From: a bacterium
GTDB taxonomy: Bacteria; Patescibacteriota; Minisyncoccia; Phycocordibacterales; CAIZLB01
Assembly: GCA_037142735.1 (NCBI GenBank)
Contig: JBAXAB010000001.1
Location: 36,915 to 100,914 of the forward strand
Direction of reading: 5' to 3'
DNA: 64,000 bases
The notes beneath the pieces are model-generated. The model was not told the origin of the DNA, did not search any database, and was given only the letters and a program-made list of their open reading frames with translations. Made by a program: the position numbers and the translations under genes. Shown here piece after piece: positions 1-7,851 of the stretch; the first letter of the stretch is position 1, and each line of letters begins with the position of its first letter.

Positions 1-1
1 T

Positions 2-136
2 CAGTTGAAAGCCGCGCTTGTTCATAAGGAGGCAGCTGAGGATCATATGAAAGAAGCTGAAGATCATATAGAAGCTGCTAAGGAAAATAACAAATTTTTG
101 GTAAAAAAAATTCATCTGGACCAAAAAATTAAATAA
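2..136 (+). CDS. 3' end of a hypothetical protein, truncated by the window edge
   Basis: Open frame from position 2 (QLKAALVHKEAAEDHMKEAEDHIEAAKENNKFLVKKIHLDQKIK) to TAA at 134-136. Confidence 0.45.
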   Translation, partial: QLKAALVHKEAAEDHMKEAEDHIEAAKENNKFLVKKIHLDQKIK

Positions 137-147
137 GTTCAACTTTC

Positions 148-241
148 ACTACAATGCTCCAAAGGTGGGAGGATGTTCCCGATTTCTTAGCTTCGAAGAA
201 GCTGTTGAAATCGTAGTCCTCGGGAGGATGTTCGAACCTAC
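148..241. repeat. Copy 1 of the cassette-flanking repeat, interrupted by a 43-bp hairpin insertion
   Basis: ACTACAATGCTCCAAAGGTGGGAGGATGTTC (148-178), then insert 179-221, then GGGAGGATGTTCGAACCTAC (222-241); matches copies at 755 and 1284. Confidence 0.85.
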
Positions 242-251
242 CTTTGCCCAT

Positions 252-302
252 AAAACACAAAGCCCACCATCAGACGACAGAGGCTCGTGTTGAGTGGTGG
301 GT
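252..302 (-). terminator. Putative intrinsic terminator of the 302-682 gene
   Basis: Stem GCCCACCA (262-269) / TGGTGGGT (295-302) followed by a T-rich tract on the - strand. Confidence 0.5.
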
Positions 303-682
303 TATCCAATGCAAGGGCATAGGCACACAAAGAGAATGTCAGTTTCCTGATGACCAGAGGGGTCTTTCTCATATGCGCCAAAGACACCTAGAAATGTATT
401 TGCCTCTGCTGGCCAGACATCACCCATGATGGTTCCTTGGTCTGACATTTCGATGATGTTTTCCCAGTGGATGCTAGTGTAGTATTCAGAGAGTATTTTA
501 CACACTTCTTCAAGTGGTATTTTTTCTTTGAATTTAAAACGCGTAGCATCACAGAGTAAACTATCCAGAGGGTCAACCAATTCACCTACGGTGCCAGGAA
601 TGACAGGCTTGTCTTCTTCAACGGGCAACAGAGCGCCCATGAACCTTGCTAGGAGAAACTCTCCTAAAGTATGTTTGCTCAT
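302..682 (-). CDS. Hypothetical protein (cassette 1)
   Basis: 126-aa ATG ORF with AAGGA 5 nt upstream, lying between repeat copies 1 and 2; no recognisable motif. Confidence 0.65.
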   Translation of the reverse strand: MSKHTLGEFLLARFMGALLPVEEDKPVIPGTVGELVDPLDSLLCDATRFKFKEKIPLEEVCKILSEYYTSIHWENIIEMSDQGTIMGDVWPAEANTFLGVFGAYEKDPSGHQETDILFVCLCPCIG

Positions 683-754
683 ATTTATCCTTTCGTTGAT
701 GTTTATGTTCTGGGGTTCAGATTAAAAATACACTTAAATTATTAAAAGTAAAGT

Positions 755-792
755 GACGTACTACGGCTCCAAAAGTGGGACGATGTTCGAAC
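755..792. repeat. Copy 2 of the 38-bp direct repeat (att-like)
   Basis: GACGTACTACGGCTCCAAAAGTGGGACGATGTTCGAAC; 37/38 identical to 1284-1321. Confidence 0.95.
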
Positions 793-796
793 TTAC

Positions 797-1258
797 TTAT
801 CTCAAAGACTTTAAATAAGTATCTAAAACCTCTTTTGTGAGCACAGAGAGATTCGGGGGTAAATTGCTTATTGGAAACCATTCTGTCTTTTTAATTTCCA
901 CTCGATTAAAAATAATCTCTTTTGAATCGCTATGGCCTACAAAAACACTGACAGTGTCATGGTGATAGGAGTGGTAGACATTAACTACCCCTACATTCTT
1001 AAGTTCTGATAATTCCAACTTCAATTCCTCTTCTGTTTCTCGTCTTGCAGCATCAATAGGATTTTCATTTTCCTTTACTCCACCTCCAGGGAAATCCCAT
1101 AAACCCCTATGCATGTATGTATGTTGAATTAATAAAATACTATCTCCGTTCCTTAATATAATCTGAACACCTTGTGTATTTGGGCGAGTAATAAACCACT
1201 TCAAGTAATATACTGCGTATCCAACCTTATATAATAATCTGCCCAAAAGATTTTTCAT
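797..1258 (-). CDS. NUDIX hydrolase (cassette 2)
   Basis: Nudix box GGGVKENENPIDAARRETEEEL. Confidence 0.9.
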   Translation of the reverse strand: MKNLLGRLLYKVGYAVYYLKWFITRPNTQGVQIILRNGDSILLIQHTYMHRGLWDFPGGGVKENENPIDAARRETEEELKLELSELKNVGVVNVYHSYHHDTVSVFVGHSDSKEIIFNRVEIKKTEWFPISNLPPNLSVLTKEVLDTYLKSLR

Positions 1259-1283
1259 TGTTGAAGTATACCAAATCTTCCTA

Positions 1284-1321
1284 GACGTACTACGGCTCCA
1301 AAAGTGGGAGGATGTTCGAAC
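1284..1321. repeat. Copy 3 of the 38-bp direct repeat (att-like)
   Basis: GACGTACTACGGCTCCAAAAGTGGGAGGATGTTCGAAC; the stop codon of the adjacent gene (1322-1324) abuts it. Confidence 0.95.
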
Positions 1322-2290
1322 CTATCTACTCAATAGCATTACAATCAATCCAACAACTTGATCTTTGTCCTTCGGACTGCTCTCTGCAACAAGGAGGGTT
1401 ATAGCTGTTAAGGCTTCTGGGGTCATACGATTTGTATCAAGCACTTTTGCTTTTCTCAGAAACCAGATAAAAGAAAGGGCGCCGCTTCTTTTATTTCCAT
1501 CAGAGAATGGGTGATTTTTAACGATGAAATATAATAGATGGGCTGCTTTTTCTTCAATACTGCCATAAACATCCTTGCCACCAAAAGATTGAAATACATT
1601 ACCAATAATGCCCGCTACACTTCCTTTTTCTCTTTCTTGCGCGAAAAGTTCTGTTGCCTCGTTAAGTGATAGAAGATTTTGCTTCAAATCGAGGATCGCA
1701 TTATGTAGTTCAGAACCTGTAATGACAACTTGTCTTTTGGTTAGTTTTTTACTTTTGAACTCTGATTTGTCGTACGCATCCAAAGAAAACCATGTGCTTG
1801 CGAATAGTTTTACGAGCTCAAGGGTATCTTGATTTTTTATATTACTTTGCTCTGGTAATAAATTTCTTACCTTCTCGACTGCTGATAGGAACGAATTATA
1901 ATTATGCTGTACGCGGTTTGGATTGATAGTGTAGCCCTTGATTACATGGGATTTTAAAACTTTTGTGGCCCACTGGCGAAATCTTGTGGCTTGCTTTGAA
2001 TTTACTCTATATCCGACAGATATAATTACGTCTAGGTTGTAGCGTTCTATGCTTCGTTCTACCTTTCGCCCACCTTCAGTTTGAACTGTTGCATTTTTTG
2101 CAACAGTTGATTTTCTAGATAATTCTCCCGAACTGTAAATATCCTTGATGTGTCTTGATATAACGGATTTATCACGACCAAAAACATCGGCAATCTGATT
2201 CAAACTCGCCCATAAAGTTTCCTTGTCTGTATCAACTTGAAAGTTGATATCTCCTTTTGAGTCTTTGTATATTGCAATTTCCTTTGTCAT
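1322..2290 (-). CDS. RhuM-family / Fic-Doc fusion protein (cassette 3)
   Basis: RhuM-like YNLDVIISVGYRVNSKQATRFRQWAT and Doc-type HPFSDGNKRSG; start placed at ATG 2290, just downstream of a TGTTACAAT -10 box. Confidence 0.9.
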   Translation of the reverse strand: MTKEIAIYKDSKGDINFQVDTDKETLWASLNQIADVFGRDKSVISRHIKDIYSSGELSRKSTVAKNATVQTEGGRKVERSIERYNLDVIISVGYRVNSKQATRFRQWATKVLKSHVIKGYTINPNRVQHNYNSFLSAVEKVRNLLPEQSNIKNQDTLELVKLFASTWFSLDAYDKSEFKSKKLTKRQVVITGSELHNAILDLKQNLLSLNEATELFAQEREKGSVAGIIGNVFQSFGGKDVYGSIEEKAAHLLYFIVKNHPFSDGNKRSGALSFIWFLRKAKVLDTNRMTPEALTAITLLVAESSPKDKDQVVGLIVMLLSR

Positions 2291-2355
2291 TAGGGAATAT
2301 TGTAACACAAGGGGACTAAATAAAAATTAAGAAGTTATGAAAATCTAGTTTTTAT

Positions 2356-2382
2356 AATGCTCCCCGCCTGGGGATCGTACCT
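2356..2382. repeat. Degenerate repeat or tRNA-3'-end-like remnant at the island boundary
   Basis: AATGCTCCCCGCCTGGGGATCGTACCTA shares AATGCTCC...TCGxACCTA with repeat copy 1 and resembles the reverse complement of a tRNA T-arm plus acceptor stem. Confidence 0.4.
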
Positions 2383-2434
2383 AAATTGGCAAAAGGCTAT
2401 TAAATCAGTATTTTTATGCTATTATCATTCAACT

Positions 2435-3535
2435 ATGGCAAAACTTTCTATCGGAATTGTAGGGCTCCCGAATGTTGGTAAATCAACATTATTTAACGCG
2501 CTCACAAAAAAATCTGTCCCTGCAGAGAACTATCCATTTTGTACTATTGATCCATCCGTTGGAATTGTTCCAGTACCTGACGAGCGTTTATACAAATTAG
2601 CCTCATTTTCTGAAACAGAAAAAACCGTCCCGGCTGTTATTGAATTTGTTGATATCGCAGGGCTTGTTAAAGGTGCCTCTGAAGGAGAAGGTTTAGGAAA
2701 TCAATTTTTGTCCCATATTCGAGAGGTTGATGCAATTGCCGAAGTGGTTAGAATTTTTGAAGACGGAAATGTAATTCATGTTCATGGGAAAGTTGACCCT
2801 ATTAATGACATTGGTGTTATTAACCTTGAATTGATTTTAGCTGATACAGGCACTGTGACAAAACGCCTTGGCAGTCTAGAGAAAGACGTAAAAAAAGGAG
2901 ACAAACTGGCTATAAAAGAAAAAGAAGCACTCACGAAAATTGCCGAAGGCCTGGAAAATGAAAAACTAGCACGTGAAGTTAATCTGACCCCGGAAGAAAA
3001 CGAAGCGATCAAGAACCTAAGTCTTTTGACCATGAAGCCAATCATGTACATCTTGAATCGTAAGGCGGGAAGTGTAAATTTAGATGATGTGAAGGACGGT
3101 AGATTTGAAAAATTGATCGAATTCTTTAAAGAAAAAAATGCGATGTGGACAATTGTTGACGCAGGAGTTGAACATGAACTAAAAGATTTGGAAGGAGACG
3201 AGAAAGAGATGTTTCGAAAAGAATTAGGGGCAAAAGATGATGGAATTAACGCACTTATTAAAAAAGGGTACGAACTTTTGAATTTAGAAACATATTTTAC
3301 GACTGGAAAGGTAGAGACGAGGGCTTGGACTATTGCCAAAGGTTCGACTGCTCCTGTTGCTGGAATGGCAATTCACACAGACTTCAAGGAAAAGTTCATC
3401 AGAGCTGAAATAATCTTTTGGTCAGATCTTTTAAATGCAGGATCATTTGGAACTGCCAGAGAGAAGGGGTTATTGAGGACAGAAGGGAAGGATTATGTGG
3501 TAAAGGATGGAGATGTGATTGAGTTTAAGATATAA
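2435..3535 (+). CDS. ychF: Redox-regulated ATPase YchF
   Basis: GIVGLPNVGKSTLFNAL, NYPFCTIDP, DIAGLVKGAS, EGKDYVVKDGDVIEF; start at MAKLSIG. Confidence 0.97.
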   Translation: MAKLSIGIVGLPNVGKSTLFNALTKKSVPAENYPFCTIDPSVGIVPVPDERLYKLASFSETEKTVPAVIEFVDIAGLVKGASEGEGLGNQFLSHIREVDAIAEVVRIFEDGNVIHVHGKVDPINDIGVINLELILADTGTVTKRLGSLEKDVKKGDKLAIKEKEALTKIAEGLENEKLAREVNLTPEENEAIKNLSLLTMKPIMYILNRKAGSVNLDDVKDGRFEKLIEFFKEKNAMWTIVDAGVEHELKDLEGDEKEMFRKELGAKDDGINALIKKGYELLNLETYFTTGKVETRAWTIAKGSTAPVAGMAIHTDFKEKFIRAEIIFWSDLLNAGSFGTAREKGLLRTEGKDYVVKDGDVIEFKI

Positions 3536-3587
3536 ACTATGGAAAATAAGGGTTTTTTGCCAATTTTAATATAATACTAAAAAATAC

Positions 3588-3642
3588 TTGACATATATTT
3601 AATATGTGCTAGGGTTTTATCAGCGCGAAGGTTCTTTGAACA
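3588..3642 (+). promoter_or_regulatory. Sigma70-like promoter followed by a boxA-like element
   Basis: TTGACA 3588-3593, TGcTAGGGT at about 3607-3615, GTTCTTTGAACA 3631-3642. Confidence 0.55.
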
Positions 3643-4213
3643 AAACATCTACGTATCTTGATGGCCGCGAGGTCAATCAAAGGTAAAGATGTCGAACCCT
3701 CTCCGCTCTGGTTACTCGTCCGACGTGTCGTAAACCAGTGTATGCGAAGAACAAACAGCATGTGAGTACCAAGTCAAAGGCACGCTGTTTCGCTAGGCAC
3801 AAAGATAAGTCCGGCGCACAAATGGATGCTTGTCCAAAGCTCCTACTCTATGGGTCCACAGGCGCCGTAAAGCGACATCGAATCGTCGGGAGGGGCAACG
3901 TGCTACCACCCGCTATCGAACTCGCAGCCGCCACCATCGCCGTCGCACAATGCGCGGCCGAGCATCAGAGATGGCCCAAGAAAATCTCAAGGACGAAAAC
4001 GAGCCGGGCAACCTTGAGAATGGACAGCGCTGCGGCGCAACAGGTTTCGATCAATCCCAGGTCGAAAGTGCAGGCAGTCTCGGCAGACACCGAAGCTGAA
4101 CCCGAAGTTCTTACCCGCACACCGAAGGGTACCCCGCTGTTGCGCGCCCCACGCGTGCACAGCGGGGGCCCGACGGCCTCCCACACACTGATCCCACCCC
4201 GGGGTCTTTTTTT
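3622..4213 (+). ncRNA. Candidate ~590-nt structured non-coding RNA (or long structured leader with a small ORF)
   Basis: GC-rich block with its own promoter, at least five hairpins including a GCGA-capped stem, a terminator at 4190-4213, and no convincing protein in any frame. Confidence 0.45.
4190..4213 (+). terminator. Intrinsic terminator
   Basis: GATCCC-ACCCC-GGGGTC followed by T7. Confidence 0.65.
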
Positions 4214-4267
4214 GTACCTGAATTAGCGTTACTATCCATTTTTTGCTACTATTATTTTCATACTTTT

Positions 4268-6694
4268 ATGAAAAAGAAGGCCTCAAAATCTGTCTCAAAA
4301 ATCTCTTCAGTCTACGACCACTTAAAAATCGAAAAAAAGTGGCAAGCTGATTGGAAAAAATCGGGAATTTACAAAACCAAAGAGGGAGGTAAAAAGCCAA
4401 AAGCCTACGTCTTGGACATGTTTCCATATCCATCTGGTTCTGGACTTCACGTTGGGCACCCAAAGGGATACATCGCAACAGACGTATTCGCTCGTTTTAA
4501 ACGCATGTCTGGATTTAATGTTTTACATCCAATGGGTTGGGATGCGTTCGGATTACCAGCAGAGGAGTTTGCTTTAAAAAACAAAATTCATCCGAGTATA
4601 GCAGTCAAGACGAATGTAAAGTGTTATAAGGACCAACTTTCAATCCTCGGTTTCTGCTATGACTGGGATCGAGAAGTAAACACCACTGATCCTGAATACT
4701 ATAAATGGACTCAATGGGCGTTTTTACAGATGCATAAAAAAGGTTTGACGTATGAATCTCACGAACCTATCAATTGGTGTCCTTCGTGTAAAACTGGTCT
4801 TGCTAATGAAGATTTAGACAATGGAAAGTGTGAACGCTGTGGTTCAATTGTCGAAAAGAAGCCGATTCGTCAGTGGGTGATTGGCATTACAAAATATGCA
4901 GATAGACTTTTAAGTGATCTGGATGCTTTAGATTGGCCAAATTCTATTAAAGAGTCTCAGAAAAATTGGATTGGTCGTAGTGAAGGATCAGAATTAACCT
5001 TTGAAATTAAAGGTGGAGAGTCCGTCAGTGTTTTTACTACGCGTCCAGATACAATTTTTGGTGTGACATATCTTGTCCTTGCACCTGAGCATCATTTGAT
5101 TGAAAAAATAAAACCACGAATTGAAAACTGGGATAAAGTTCAGTCATTCATCAAAGACGTAGCCAAAAAAACGCAGATCGAACGAACGGCTGAGGGGAAA
5201 GAAAAAACCGGTGTACATTTATCTGGAATTTCTGCTGTGAATCCTGCGAATGGTGAAAAAGTACCCGTCTGGATTGCGGATTACGTTTTAGCAGATTACG
5301 GAACAGGTGCGGTTATGGCAGTACCGGCACATGACGAACGTGATTTTGTCTTTGCTAAAAAATATAACTTACCGATTATGGCAGTAATTGGATCCGAACA
5401 TGTGTCAGACGAAAAAGCCTACACCGGCGGTGGAACTTTGATTAATTCTGGAAAGTTTAACGGAAAAGATTCAGAATCTGTGATTAAGGAAATCACCAAA
5501 TTCTGTAATGGAAAATTAGTAGTGCGCTATAAATTACGAGACTGGGTATTTTCACGTCAGAGATACTGGGGAGAGCCGATTCCACTTGTTCACTGTGCTT
5601 CATGTGGAGTGGTGCCTGTGCCTGAAAAAGAACTTCCACTAAAACTTCCTAATGTAAAATTCTACGAACCGACAGGGACTGGAGAATCTCCTTTGGCTGC
5701 AATCGACAAATGGGTCAATACTAAATGTCCACAATGTAAGGGTCCTGCAAAACGCGAGACGAATACCATGCCTCAATGGGCTGGATCATGTTGGTATTAC
5801 CTTCGATACATGGATCCGAAAAATAAAAAGATGCTCGTGGATCCTAAAAAAGAAAAGTACTGGTCACCAGTTGATGTGTACGTTGGTGGCACCGAGCACG
5901 CAACGAGACACTTGATCTATGCAAGATTTTGGCACAAGTTTTTATATGATATTGGAGTCGTTTCCCAATCAGAACCATTTACGCAATTGCGAAATCAGGG
6001 ATTGATTATGGGACCTGATGGACAAAAAATGAGCAAGCGTTTTGGAAACGTAGTAAACCCAGATGATATTGTGAAATTATATGGAGCTGACAGTCTACGT
6101 GTATACGAAATGTTTATGGGTCCATTTGAGCAAGCGATCTCATGGAGTACTGACAACATGCTTGGTTCAAGACGATTTATTGAGCGTGTTTGGAGATTGA
6201 AACAGAAAATTTCTAAAGATTCTGTTAAAAAGGATACCGAACAACTTCTACATAAGACAATTAAAAAAGTAGGACAAGACATTCAGGGTTTTTCTCACAA
6301 TACTGCCATTTCATCAATGATGATTCTCTTAAATGCCCTAGAAAGTGAGGCTTCTGTTGATAAAAAAACGTATGAAACTCTTCTTCTTATCCTCGCTCCA
6401 TTTACTCCACATATCACTGATGATTTATGGTCTCAACTAGGACACAAAAAGAGCATACATTTGGAGGTGTGGCCTACATATGATGAATCAAAATTAATCA
6501 GTGATTCATTTAAAATAATGATCCAAGTTAATGGAAAAATACGTGGGTCACTAGAGACTAATAATCCTGAGGAAGCCTTTGTAATTAAGGCTGCAAAGGA
6601 AAAACCCGAGATTAAAAAGTATCTCGATGGTAATGAAATTATCAAGGAAATTTACGTCAAAAATAAGCTTGTCAACTTCGTCGTCAAGGGGTAA
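4268..6694 (+). CDS. leuS: Leucine--tRNA ligase
   Basis: MFPYPSGSGLHVGH, editing-domain FTTRPDT and GTGAVMAVPAHD, KMSKR. Confidence 0.98.
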   Translation: MKKKASKSVSKISSVYDHLKIEKKWQADWKKSGIYKTKEGGKKPKAYVLDMFPYPSGSGLHVGHPKGYIATDVFARFKRMSGFNVLHPMGWDAFGLPAEEFALKNKIHPSIAVKTNVKCYKDQLSILGFCYDWDREVNTTDPEYYKWTQWAFLQMHKKGLTYESHEPINWCPSCKTGLANEDLDNGKCERCGSIVEKKPIRQWVIGITKYADRLLSDLDALDWPNSIKESQKNWIGRSEGSELTFEIKGGESVSVFTTRPDTIFGVTYLVLAPEHHLIEKIKPRIENWDKVQSFIKDVAKKTQIERTAEGKEKTGVHLSGISAVNPANGEKVPVWIADYVLADYGTGAVMAVPAHDERDFVFAKKYNLPIMAVIGSEHVSDEKAYTGGGTLINSGKFNGKDSESVIKEITKFCNGKLVVRYKLRDWVFSRQRYWGEPIPLVHCASCGVVPVPEKELPLKLPNVKFYEPTGTGESPLAAIDKWVNTKCPQCKGPAKRETNTMPQWAGSCWYYLRYMDPKNKKMLVDPKKEKYWSPVDVYVGGTEHATRHLIYARFWHKFLYDIGVVSQSEPFTQLRNQGLIMGPDGQKMSKRFGNVVNPDDIVKLYGADSLRVYEMFMGPFEQAISWSTDNMLGSRRFIERVWRLKQKISKDSVKKDTEQLLHKTIKKVGQDIQGFSHNTAISSMMILLNALESEASVDKKTYETLLLILAPFTPHITDDLWSQLGHKKSIHLEVWPTYDESKLISDSFKIMIQVNGKIRGSLETNNPEEAFVIKAAKEKPEIKKYLDGNEIIKEIYVKNKLVNFVVKG

Positions 6695-6757
6695 CTTGAC
6701 GGTATTCCGCATTTATGCTAAAACTAATACTAATTAAACGACAAATTAGCATATAAC

Positions 6758-7810
6758 ATGGCAATAGCAAACCTTCCATTCAAACCAAAACAGGTCACCA
6801 AGAAACTTCTTTCGTCACTGCACGAAAGAGCTCGGTTGGTTATCATAAAAAGATACGGTCTTGATAAAAATTCTGAGAGAATGACGCTTGAAGGTATCGG
6901 CCAGGACTACAATATCACTCGCGAACGTGTCCGCCAGATCGAAAATGCTGCTATTGCTAATATTCGTAAATCCTCACAATTCAGAGAAGAGGCCGCTTCT
7001 TTCTTGGCTCTTGAAACATTGATCCGTGACCTTGGTTCATTAATTTCAGAAGAAGATTTATTGAATCATCTTGCGAAAGATCCTTCTACAAAGAATCATT
7101 TCCATTTCATGCTCACTGTTGGTCTAACATTTAAAAAAGAACGCGAAGACGAAGAGTTTAAACACCGATGGCACGTTGATCCTGAATTAACTAAAAGAAT
7201 TCACGAAGCACTTAGAAAACTTTACAAATCTCTTTCAAATGATGACCTTGTTCCAGAATCTGAAATGATTCAGATGTTTTTCGATAACTTAAAAGACATT
7301 AATGACAAGTACAAGAGCGATGAAGTGTCCAAACGATGGTTACGCATTTCAAAACACATTGATAAGAATCCATTGGGTGAATGGGGCAAGACAAGTTCGC
7401 CAAATGTAAAGACAAAAGGCATCAGAGACTTTGCTTTTTTGGCTATGCGAAAACATGGTTCTCCAATCCACTTCCGAGACATTGCAAAATTGATCGAAAA
7501 ACTTTTCAACAAGAAAGCGCACATCGCAACGACTCATAATGAACTGATCAAGGATAAACGATTCGTCTTAGTTGGACGAGGTTTATATGCATTGGCAGAA
7601 TGGGGATACCTCAGTGGTGTTGTAAAGGATGTTATAAAGAAAGTTCTAGACAAACACGGTCCACTTCCAAAGGATGAAATCATTCAAAAAGTTTTAAAGG
7701 AAAGATTTGTAAAAGAAAACACTATCCTCGTTAACTTACAGAACAACAAATTCTTCAAAAAGGACAAAGATGGACGTTACCACATGGTAGATTTCACTGC
7801 TACTAAATAA
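6758..7810 (+). CDS. Sigma70 region-4-like HTH protein with C-terminal winged-HTH (RNAP delta / HARE-HTH-like) domains
   Basis: RYGL...MTLEGIGQDYNITRERVRQIE; C-terminal TTHNELIKDKRFVLVGRGLYALAEWG; no sigma region 2 visible. Confidence 0.75.
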   Translation: MAIANLPFKPKQVTKKLLSSLHERARLVIIKRYGLDKNSERMTLEGIGQDYNITRERVRQIENAAIANIRKSSQFREEAASFLALETLIRDLGSLISEEDLLNHLAKDPSTKNHFHFMLTVGLTFKKEREDEEFKHRWHVDPELTKRIHEALRKLYKSLSNDDLVPESEMIQMFFDNLKDINDKYKSDEVSKRWLRISKHIDKNPLGEWGKTSSPNVKTKGIRDFAFLAMRKHGSPIHFRDIAKLIEKLFNKKAHIATTHNELIKDKRFVLVGRGLYALAEWGYLSGVVKDVIKKVLDKHGPLPKDEIIQKVLKERFVKENTILVNLQNNKFFKKDKDGRYHMVDFTATK

Positions 7811-7851
7811 TCGACTAGTATTTTCATACACAGTAAGTTAAAATACTACTG

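Noticed and set aside
755-792. Classical integron attC or an intact tRNA
   Set aside because: No RYYYAAC/GTTRRRY palindrome; no D-arm or anticodon arm.
148-1321. CRISPR array interpretation of the 38-bp repeats
   Set aside because: The intervals are about 500 bp, contain whole genes, and no cas genes are adjacent.
2357-2434. N-terminal extension of YchF in the ORF track
   Set aside because: It overlaps the att-like remnant and the -10 box; the family N-terminus starts at MAKLSIG (2435).
3800-4115. RNase P RNA or tmRNA
   Set aside because: GATAAGTCCGG only loosely resembles GAGGAAAGTCC, the matching 3' P4 strand was not found, and there are no tmRNA-type termini.
3738-4226. 162-aa and 89-aa ORFs as proteins
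   Set aside because: No recognisable motif, open frames are expected in GC-rich DNA, and the longer ORF runs through the terminator. Not fully excluded.
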